DNA of 63,612 bases, the filler included, from Octopus bimaculoides (Eukaryota), in NCBI RefSeq assembly GCF_001194135.2. It is 9 parts of 5 records of this genome, joined end to end, with 100 filler letters (N's around TTAATTAATTAA, not from the genome) between each part and the next. Parts side by side here need not be neighbours in the genome. Positions count along the whole stretch, not along the records: positions 36,542 to 41,715 come from NW_026400628.1; positions 41,816 to 43,870 come from NC_069006.1; positions 43,971 to 60,733 come from NC_068986.1; 6 more parts are not named here. One strand, 5' to 3'. The notes under the pieces are model-generated. The model had not been told where the DNA came from and searched no databases. It saw only the letters and a list, made by a program, of their open reading frames with translations. Shown one piece after another: positions 39,570 to 49,510 of the stretch; within the stretch, counting starts at the first letter, position 1, and every line of letters begins with the position of its first letter. A program made the translations under genes and the position numbers.

Positions 39570-40099
39570 ATAATATAGATTTAATCTTCAAAATGACTTT
39601 CTAAAATGAAATTCCTTTATGCAGCTGAGGAGTACATTTTCATTGTATTTTCTGTATGTGTTATCACTACATGAATAAATGGAGCTTGTACGAAACGTCC
39701 GTACTGCTATAACCTATTGAATTTTTGTTGCTTTACTTCAAATATCTATATATCTATATATATACTGCAAAATTCATTGAACTGTGGTCAGTCCGCATTT
39801 ATTATTGATCTCTATTCCAACCAACCTGGTCGTATTGATTCCCAGATGTCTTTTCAATTTTCTAGGATCAATTTGCCACATTTCACTGATCTCTGCTCAA
39901 GTCATATTTTCTTGAGCTGAGCTTAATCTTCTCTGATAGGTTCAATATTCATTCATTTGAAGATGGTGAGTGCCAAGGTCCACCTTGGTTTTCATCCTTT
40001 TGGGGGCCAACAAAATAAGTACCAATTCAGCACTAGTGTTGATGTAATTAACTTACTCCTTCTGCCAGACTTGCTGGTCTTGTGCTAAAATTTGAAACC

Positions 40100-40350
40100 A
40101 ACATCATCATCATCATTTGATGTCCATTTTCCATGCTGGCATGGGTTAAACGGTTTGACAGGAACATGGTGAGGCCAGAGGCCACACCATGTTCCATAGT
40201 CTATTTTGGTTTGTTTTCTACAGCTTGGATGCCCTTCTTGATGCCAACCACTCCACAGAGGGTACTGGGTGCTTTTTATGTGACACCCTCACCAGTGCTT
40301 TTTATGGGGGACCATCACCAATTCTTTTTATGTGGCACCAGCATCGGTAG
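40100..40350 (-). mobile_element. RTE-LINE 3' UTR fragment
   Basis: (CAT)n, TTTTCCATGCTGGCATGGGTT and CTACAGCTTGGATGCCCTTC are the reverse complement of the RTE tail. Confidence 0.8.
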
Positions 40351-41254
40351 CAATTCTCTGTGAAAGAAGGGTCCTATCAAGTACAGCAAAGTGCCAGATA
40401 TCTTGGTTTGTAAACATCCCCCATCATAAAGCTCAGAGTGTCAAGACAGGCCTTATATATATATCAAAATATTTCTATCATTTTGTGTGTATATATGTGT
40501 ATTTAGTTGAGGTGTGTGTATATGTGGGTATGTGTGTTGTTGCAGATGTGACGGTGGGAGTGCAGGGTTAGGATGTGGGGTAGCGAGGGGGTGGGGTCAA
40601 TGCCCCCACTCGTAATTGTAGGTACCAGAAGGGCGTATCCAATAGTAACCACACTGTTTATCTCGGTCAGAAAACATTTGAAGGTAATTCACATTCTAAA
40701 ATTAAAATATTCCATTGTGGTTGCTGCTGCTGATGATGATGGAGTGGTAGTGGTTGTGGTGGTGGTGGTGGTGGTGGTGGTAGTGATGGTGGTGGTGATA
40801 TTGTTGGTGGTGGTGGGTATTGATGGCGATGGTGCGTTCCTGGTACAACTACCACCTTCAACACCCTCCCCACCACCACCATCACTCAAACACTCGCCCA
40901 CCATCGCCCACCCACCATCCTGTTATATCACAGACACATGTGTTGGTCGTTGTTCTCTTCACAATGGAGTTGCAATTGTTTCCCCCTGGAATGTTAATTC
41001 TACCCACACAGCTTTGTGTGTGTGTGTGTATTTAATAACACAGATAAGTTAAATATAAAGATATTCTATTGACAATCCAATAATTTATTCATATTACAAT
41101 ATTACATTAAATATTATGAATATATTATATAACATAACATAATATTATACAACATATATAAGTATAAAAACCATAAAAGGCTAACAAATTTATATGATAT
41201 CCAAGTGACGTACACTTGTGAAAGTTTCATTCATGTATACATGTATATCGTGGT

Positions 41255-41495
41255 ATTCTGTTGGTTAGAACAATGAGGGTTCCGTTTGATCTGATCAACG
41301 GAACAACCTGCTCGTGAAATTAACGTGCAAGCGGCTGAGCACTCCACAGACATGCGTACCCTTAACATAGTTCTTGGGGGAGATTCAGTATGACACACAG
41401 TATGACAAGGATGGCCCTTTGAAATACAAGCACAACAGAATCAGGAAGAAAGAGTGAGAGAAAGTTGTGGTGGAAGAGTACAGCAGTGTTTGTCA
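41255..41495 (-). mobile_element. Family-B SINE, 5'-truncated
   Basis: Same tail as 5040-5300. Confidence 0.82.
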
Positions 41496-41815
41496 CTAGA
41501 TAGATAAATAGATAGATAGATAGTGTGTATATATATATTTATTTATGTGTGTGTATTGTGTCTACAAATATAGATGCATATGTGCGTGTGTGTTTGAGGT
41601 CAACAGACTTAGATAAACAATGTGAGCAATTATATATACGTATTGAATTAGCCCTGACTATATACATGGCTACAAACATATATATAAATGTATGTATGTA
41701 TATATATATATATATNNNNNNNNNNNNNNNNNNNNNNNNNNNNNNNNNNNNNNNNNNNNTTAATTAATTAANNNNNNNNNNNNNNNNNNNNNNNNNNNNN
41801 NNNNNNNNNNNNNNN

Positions 41816-42130
41816 ACTACTACAATTATTATTATTATTATTAGTTTTTTAAAAATTACAACTACTGCTATTACTGCTACTTCTCTCCTCCTCCTCCTCC
41901 TCTTAGTACTACTACTATTACTACTACTACTACTACTTCTACTACTGCTACTTTTATTGCTACTACTACTACTACTACTACTACTACTGCTAGTGTTGCA
42001 GTTATTGTTGCCGCTGCTGTTTACTACCACCATCCTTACTACTACTGCTACTGCTGCTTCTACTGCTGCTACTACTACTACTACTACTACTACTATTACA
42101 ACTGCTGCCACTTCTCTAATCAACTCCACA
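41816..42130. repeat. (CTA)n/(CTC)n/(CTG)n trinucleotide low-complexity tract
   Basis: Direct reading. Confidence 0.9.
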
Positions 42131-42476
42131 TCGTAATAGCGTAATTACACTCATCGCCGCCACCAGCCCACCCTTCATCNNNNNNNNNNNNNNNNNNNNN
42201 NNNNNNNNNNNNNNNNNNNNNNNNNNNNNNNNNNNNNNNNNNNNNNNNNNNNNNNNNNNNNNNNNNNNNNNNNNNNNNNNNNNNNNNNNNNNNNNNNNNN
42301 NNNNNNNNNNNNNNNNNNNNNNNNNNNNNNNNNNNNNNNNNNNNNNATAACCATTGCCCGACCACCCCGTAACCTCACTGTTACAAGCACGCAGACCACT
42401 GCCCCACTAACACCGCCATTGATGTAATCCTGTTCTCAACGCACTCAAAATTACACATAGACACACGCACCCACAT

Positions 42477-42515
<39 letters not shown>

Positions 42516-42728
42516 CATATATATATACAAATTCAAATATATATATATATATATGTGTGTATAGGTGTATAGGTGTATAGAAATATATATATGTATGTTT
42601 GTGTATATGTGTATGTCTATGCGTATATATAAATATGTGTGTATTATGTAGGTGTGTATGTGTCTATATATGTATGAATATATGTGTGTGTATGTATGTA
42701 GGTGTGTATATGTCTATAAATATGTATG

Positions 42729-42809
<81 letters not shown>

Positions 42810-42858
42810 GTGTGTGTGTGTATGTAAGTGTATATATGTGTATATATATATATGCATT

Positions 42859-42889
<31 letters not shown>

Positions 42890-43675
42890 GCGTGTGTCTG
42901 TTTGTGTGTGTGTATATATATATGTGTGTGTACGTGTGTATATATAGACACGTAAACACTTGCACGCGTACACGCGCGCGCACACACGGACACACTATCT
43001 CGCAGCCGATCGCCCTGCCAAAGCAAGCTGTACCTCAGTAAAATACTGCGAGAGAGAGAGAGAGATACAGAGGGATAGAAGAAACACTGAGAATGCAGAG
43101 TCAGTGAGCGCTTAATAAAGAGAGGGAGTATATATAATATGAGAGAAAGAGAAAGAATGAAAAAGAGAGAGGGAGGGAGGGAAGCGGGAGATTGAGGATG
43201 TAAGCGGCTGTTGTTGAAGGCCCCTTGCGGCCAAAATACATTAAAAGAGATTTGTAAGAAAGATAGTAATAAGAGGCTGTGTGAAGGCTGATGACGTCTG
43301 TTGACATCTTTCTCTGGTTGTGACTATTTGAGATGTGTCGGTTAACTCGTTGCAGTCCCGCAGTACCTAGAAGGAAATAAAACTAGCACAAGTTAATTCA
43401 AAAGACCAGTATTCGGTGATACGACAGAGCTAAATATGATATGCATTTTTTAATTTGGTATTAGGCTGCACATTGAAAGAAAGTATATCGAAGAAAATAT
43501 AGAAAGAAAATATACAAGAATGGGCTAGTTTTTTTGGAAAGTGGGCCGCATCAGGCGGGCCGCACTACTCAGAAAATTGAAGCTTTTTTGTTGTATTTAC
43601 ACAAGTATGTCCTCCATTTGATTTTGTTTCCTCATAACTTTCAGAAAATGGATATTTTCAATGAAATTTTCTGCG

Positions 43676-43834
43676 CAGGCGTGGCTGTGTGTTAAGAAGT
43701 TTGCTTCCCAACCACATGGTTCCGGGTTCAGTCCCTCTGCGTGGCACCTTGGACAAATGTCTGCTACTTATAGCCTCAGGCCGACCCAAGCCTTGTGAGT
43801 GAATTTGGTAGACGGAGATTGAAAGAAGCCTGTC

Positions 43835-43870
<36 letters not shown>
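43676..43870 (+). mobile_element. Family C/D SINE 5' half running into (TA)n and a gap
   Basis: GCGTGGCTGTGTGTTAAGAAGTTTGCTTCCCAACCACATGGTTCCGGGTTCAGTCC head. Confidence 0.85.
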
Positions 43871-43970
43871 NNNNNNNNNNNNNNNNNNNNNNNNNNNNNN
43901 NNNNNNNNNNNNNNTTAATTAATTAANNNNNNNNNNNNNNNNNNNNNNNNNNNNNNNNNNNNNNNNNNNN

Positions 43971-44014
<44 letters not shown>

Positions 44015-44599
44015 GATAGATATTGAGATAACGATATATTGATATATTGATAGGTATGGTCTTCTCTCTCTTTCTTTTATACAAAGCATAAAGCCAGGAG
44101 TTTTGAGGGGTGAATATAGATTTACTTATCCACGTGACCTCTATAGGATTACGACCGTTTCGCAAAGGTCTTCATGTAGTATTAATTGCAGTATGCAACA
44201 AATTTACAGTAACATTACATTGCATTCTAATAGATTGCTGTGTGGACTGATAGCCAAGTCTGTAGAAAAAGCTTACTGTGAGAGCCACACGATAACCTGA
44301 ATCCATATCTCATATTACTCTTGTGTGTGTGTGTGTTTCATATGTACATATATATGTATGGTATGTTAGTGTTTGAGGGATGGTAAAATAGTACCCCTCT
44401 GCCAAGGCATGTCTACGTCAATGTGGTAGAGTAGGCTCATCATGTCATTCACGGCTACCACATCAGGTCGTGGTTGCTGCAGGCGCCTTCGTCCTGCAGT
44501 GAACCGGATATAAGCAATACAATTCACTATGGACGTATGGCTTTCTGCGAGCAGAATGCTATTTTAAAAACTATCTTCACAAGCACTACAACAATAGCG

Positions 44600-45500
44600 G
44601 GTAAATAATGAAAGAAAATGTAACCAAAATATCAAGGCAATGTCCCAGATAGCTGGATCTTAAAATCTTTAAATATCTAGAAGATTTCTCCTTTCGTAGA
44701 AGTTTTTCTACAGCTCAGTATGGGACTGTGGAACACAAAATCGTTTCTCAACCACGAGAAAGGCTCATATGTTTCAGAGAACAACAAAATAGACCATTTA
44801 ATATTCCAGGGCGATTCACACTTCCCTCTCCCCTTCTGTCTTTCCCTCATTCCCTTGTCCAACGAGCTGAATAGAACAATTTATGGTTACAAAATATTTG
44901 ACAAGATCGTCTCACACTTGTTCTACATGAATGATCTGAAATTACATGCAAAAGATGACAAAGATCTGAAAGTGTTATTAGGAACAGCGAAAAAATTCAG
45001 CGATGCCATCAATATGGAATTTGGCTTTGAGAAGTGTGCAAAAGCTTCGTTCAGATGTGGTAAACTGACAACTAACACCACAATCCAACTTCATCATGAC
45101 ACATCTATCAAGGACCTGGGTCAAGAAAGTTTCTATATGCATCTCGGTGTACACGAAGAAATAAAGGATTCAACACGGATCAATGAAAAGGAAAATTAAG
45201 AAAGAGTATTATAGATGTGTCAGAATGGTCCTGAATACTGAGCTGAATACCCAGAATAGAATTGCAACTACAAACTTCCAGAATGGAATTACAGCTATAC
45301 ACTCCCTAGCGGTACCACTTGACCAGTATAGCCTTAATGCCATCAATTGAAATTGAGTGAATTCTAGCGTATGGACATGAAGATAAGGAAACTGCTAACA
45401 CTAAACAGGATGCACCACCCAAAACCAGACGTCCACAGGCTCTATCTCCCACGAAAGGAAGGCGGTAGAGACCTAACTCCCAATGTATACAGTGCTTTTC
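44600..45500 (+). mobile_element. Old R4/Dong-type LINE RT fragment
   Basis: PDSWILKSL, IFQGDS..PL.FCLSLIPLS, HLFYMNDLKL, MEFGFEKCAK and RMHHPKPDVHRLYLPRKEGGR motifs with frameshifts and stops. Confidence 0.88.
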
Positions 45501-45563
45501 TCTGCCCTAAGTGTCAGGAAGACACTCGGTAAGAAATGGAAAGAACTGAAAGATGACAAGGAA

Positions 45564-45599
<36 letters not shown>

Positions 45600-45604
<5 letters not shown>

Positions 45605-46570
45605 TCAAATCATGATTGAATGGCTGAAAATTAAAGAAACTAGTATGAATGAACGCGACACTCTCCCCAAAATTCGCAATTCTAACCAAAACCTGAAAAT
45701 AATTGGTAAAATCCGCCTTGCACTTAAGGATATAATTTCAGCTAATGATGTTGATATTACAGATCTCAACCACCTGTACTATGCATCCGCAAGAATCTCA
45801 ACGATTCTATGTGGTGAAAAGNNNNNNNNNNNNNNNNNNNNNNNNNNNNNNNNNNNNNNNNNNNNNNNNNNNNNNNNNNNNNNNNNNNNNNNNNNNNNNN
45901 NNNNNNNNNNNNNNNNNNNNNNNNNNNNNNNNNNNNNNNNNNNNNNNNNNNNNNNNNNNNNNNNNNNNNNNNNNNNNNNNNNNNNNNNNNNNNNNNNNNN
46001 NNNNNNNNNNNNNNNNNNNNNNNNNNNNNNNNNNNNNNNNNNNNNNNNNNNNNNNNNNNNNNNNNNNNNNNNNNNNNNNNNNNNNNNNNNNNNNNNNNNN
46101 NNNNNNNNNNNNNNNNNNNNNNNNNNNNNNNNNNNNNNNNNNNNNNNNNNNNNNNNNNNNNNNNNNNNNNNNNNNNNNNNNNNNNNNNNNNNNNNNNNNN
46201 NNNNNNNNNNNNNNNNNNNNNNNNNNNNNNNNNNNNNNNNNNNNNNNNNNNNNNNNNNNNNNNNNNNNNNNNNNNNNNNNNNNNNNNNNNNNNNNNNNNN
46301 NNNNNNNNNNNNNNNNNNNNNNNNNNNNNNNNNNNNNNNNNNNNNNNNNNNNNNNNNNNNNNNNNNNNNNNNNNNNNNNNNNNNNNNNNNNNNNNNNNNN
46401 NNNNNNNNNNNNNNNNNNNNNNNNNNNNNNNNNNNNNATACAGTAAACATAAGAGCACCACAGCAAACCACAGCACATACCCAAGGCGCACAGAGCTGCG
46501 CTCGGTAGTGAAGTGAAAGCACGTTATAAAAATAAAACTACCGAATAATAATAATAATAATAATAATAAT
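45600..46570 (+). mobile_element. Younger R4/Dong-type LINE inserted in (AAT)n; interior is a gap
   Basis: (AAT)n at 45567-45599; N-terminal-type peptide ..DITDLNHLYYASARISTIL..; after the gap, SIQ* plus a 3' UTR with 2 differences from 27300-27415; (AAT)n tail. Confidence 0.8.
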
Positions 46571-46599
46571 GATAATAATAATAATGATGTTGATGATTT

Positions 46600-47115
46600 G
46601 TTTCTAATTTAGACTCGAGGCCAGCAATACTGCGGAGAGTGGATTAACCGTTGCCACAGCTCTCAGTACCTGCCTGATATATCGAATCCGAAAAGATTAA
46701 GGATAAATTTGACTTCGGTGTTATTCGAATTTAAGACGTAAAGAACTGGAACGAAAACAGAAACATCTCGGACACATTCATGATTCGAACAATCGACAGA
46801 CGACAATAAAACCAACCTCAAATTATGGGACCAGATTTTCTCGTTAAATTTCTAATTTAGACTCAAGGCCAGCAATATTGCGGATAGCGGTTTGACCGTT
46901 GCCACAGCTCTCAGTACTTGCCTGATATATCGAATCCGAAAAGATTAAAGACAAAGTTGACCTCGGCGTTGTTCGAATTTAAAACGTAAAGAACGAGAAC
47001 GAAAACAGAAACAACCCCAACGTATTTTGCCGGACACTTTCATGATTCTAGAAATCCACAAATGACAATAGAACCAACCTTAAATTATGGGACCAGATTT
47101 TCTTGTAAAATTTCT
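46600..47115. repeat. Tandem duplication of about 250-265 bp containing a decayed family-A SINE
   Basis: TTTCTAATTTAGACTC...CAGCTCTCAGTAC...GATATATCGAATCCGAAAAGATTAA...AAATTATGGGACCAGATTTTCT occurs twice. Confidence 0.9.
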
Positions 47116-47936
47116 AAATTTCTCTAACATCATTACCAACACTTGAAACAAAAACCTCCAAGGGCCAACGACTAGATTCAAGTTCGTTAGAGCGTGAATA
47201 ATACTTTAATACTCATTAAAAATCAACAACAGCAAGATTTTCAAGAGAAGCTCTCCCCTATTCGCTAAATTCGCCAAAACAAATACATTATCATTGTATT
47301 TCCTCCATTGTAGGGTTAATGAAGTTATTTCTCGTAATTGATAAACACATTGCGAGAGAGATTTTTCCCTTTTCTCTTTCTTAATTGCGCATTTGTTTTT
47401 ATGGAACATTGGGCGAAATTACGATTCTATTCAAAATTCTTCCTATGCCTGGATTCCTAAGATAAAGTAAGCAAAATAGCTGCAAAGTATCATTAATTAN
47501 NNNNNNNNNNNNNNNNNNNNNNNNNNNNNNNNNNNNNNNNNNNNNNNNNNNNNNNNNNNNNNNNNNNNNNNNNNNNNNNNNNNNNNNNNNNNNNNNNNNA
47601 GTCTGGCATATATTTTATCGGCTTCTGTTACCCAGCCACTATTTCCCATTTATAATTCAACCTTTACGGTGCTTTTCCCTGGAAAAAATCCTATTGCATT
47701 GTAATAATATTTATAAATTTTATATAAAACTTTTTTTCCCTGATCTCGGTTCTGTTCACGGTTAGTACTAAGCCTACAAAGAATAAGTCCTGGGGACGAT
47801 TTCTTTGACTAAAAGGCGGTGCTCCAGCATGGCTGCTGTCAAATAACTAAAACAAATAAAAGAATACAGTTCTATATTGAAGAGATGACGAATTATGTAC
47901 ATTATTTACATTATTTATATTTGACGGATATGCCCA

Positions 47937-48275
47937 CGGGTATATGGTGTAGTGATTAAAAGCGTGGGCTAGTAACCCCAAGATTCCGAGTTCGATTCCA
48001 GTCAGTGAGCTGAATAATAATAATTACAACGACAATAATAATAACAATAATAATAATAATAATAACAACAACAACAATAATAATAATAATAACAACAACA
48101 ACAACAAAAATAATAATTACATCAAAAAATACCTTAAGAATGAGGACCCAAGTTCGAATTTTGCCCAAGACACCTGATGAAGGCTGAAGGGTATATAAGC
48201 CGAAACATTGTGTTAACAACAAACAAGATGAGGACAAATATCCGTCGAATGCAAATAATGTAAACAATGTAAGTA
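47937..48275 (+). mobile_element. tRNA-headed SINE-like element with (AAT/AAC)n linker and Penelope-type hammerhead tail
   Basis: A box TGGTGTAGTGA (47945-47955), B box GAGTTCGATTCC (47988-47999), Thr-like anticodon loop CTAGTAA, unpaired T-stem; microsatellite 48013-48118; hammerhead 48169-48214. Confidence 0.72.
48169..48214 (+). ncRNA. Minimal type I hammerhead ribozyme motif (Penelope-type)
   Basis: Stem I GACAC/GTGTT; core CTGATGA plus extra A; stem II GGCT/AGCC; GAAA; C-ATT triplet. This copy has lost the AACGTT palindrome, so activity is doubtful. Confidence 0.7.
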
Positions 48276-48774
48276 AAAGAATGAAAGAAAAAGAATGTAT
48301 ATAGCTATAAGCATAAACGTGCATGTGTGCATGTATGTACTTATGTGTCCATTGTGTGTGTATTTGTATGTGTATGCATGTGTGCGCGCTTGCGTGTGTT
48401 TGTTTGTTTGTTTGGTTGAAATGTCCTTCTGTAGCGTAGATATCGCCTTTCACATCTCGAAAGTTCAAACCAATATGCTATCAGAAGTAATCAGCGTGCT
48501 ATTTGTACGTCACAATTATCACCCGATGCCTATATTCTCCAGATCGTGTGACATTTATAGAGAGAAACGATCTTTTATTTTGTTAGTTTTAACACGGTCA
48601 GAGCACGACAGCAGTTGCTGATAAGTTGCATGTATCAAAGGATGGTAGCATCCAACTCTGTCTCGGCACAGCACAACTCTTGCGACGATGCACTTATTTC
48701 TTCGTTTATTTCTTCTTTAAATGTGACCGAGCCAGGTCAGCTAATGTATAACATTAACAAGTTTGTAAAGCGAT

Positions 48775-49360
48775 GTTAGCACGGCGTCTACTCTCTGAGT
48801 TCAAATTTCGCCGAGTTCGATTTTGTCATTCATCATTTCGGGGTCGATAAATTAAGTACCAGTTGCGTACTGGGATCGATCTAATTGACTGGTCTTCTTC
48901 CAAAAATTTCGAGCCTTGTACCTAGAGTAGAAAAGAATATATTTAAAAGCGGCGAGCTGGCAGAAGCGTTAGCACGCCGGGCGAAATGCTTAGCGGTATT
49001 TCGTCTCCCTACGTTCTGAGTTCAAATTCCGCCGAGGTACACTTTGCCTTTCATCCTTTCAGGGTCGATTAAATAGGTGCCAGTTACGTACTGGGGTCGA
49101 TATAATTGACTTCATCCGTTTGTTTGTCCCCTCTGTGTGTAGCTCCTTGTGGGCTATAAAGAAATAAGAAACGTTAGCACGCCGGGCGAAATGCTTAGTG
49201 TTATTTCGTCTACCGTTACGTTCTGAGTTCAAATTCCGCCGAGGTCGACTTTAACTTTCATCCTTTCGGGGTCGAAAAATTAAGTACCACTTGCGTACTG
49301 GGATCGATCTAATTGGCTGGGACCCTCTCTAAAAATTTCGGGCCTTGTGCAAAAAACTAG
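48775..49360 (+). mobile_element. Head-to-tail array of three family-A SINE units (one monomer plus one dimer)
   Basis: Three successive GAGTTCAAATT.CGCCGAG cores at about 48800, 49018 and 49225. Confidence 0.88.
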
Positions 49361-49364
49361 AAAA

Positions 49365-49510
49365 CAATCTGTGCCACGCTGAATCTCCCTGAGAACTACA
49401 TTAAGTGTATACACGTTGGTGGAGTACTCAGCCACTTACGCGTTAATTAAATGAGAAAGCCGTTCCATTGATTGAACTAACTGGAACTCACGTCGTAGTA
49501 CACGACGAAA
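49365..49510 (+). mobile_element. Family-B SINE tail
   Basis: GGAGTACTCAGCCACTTACGCGTTAATT...CCGTTCCATTGATTGAACTAACTGGAAC. Confidence 0.7.

Noticed and set aside
39939-39970. Strong-looking donor ATG|GTGAGT with a short upstream exon
   Set aside because: The donor matches a CpG-decayed family-A SINE head (AAGGCGGCGAG to AAGATGGTGAG).
42599-43041. [10 protein letters not shown] and THTH ORFs here and at 12.2, 37, 52 and 56.9 kb
   Set aside because: These are dinucleotide microsatellite translations.
47937-48010. tRNA-Thr-like sequence as a tRNA gene, and similar heads at about 5330-5420 and 22230-22300
   Set aside because: Acceptor and T stems do not pair and each is fused to a repeat body, so they are SINE heads.
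48775-49360. Regular repeats suggesting a CRISPR-like array
   Set aside because: The units are long SINE copies without unique spacers, the context is eukaryotic, and there are no cas genes.
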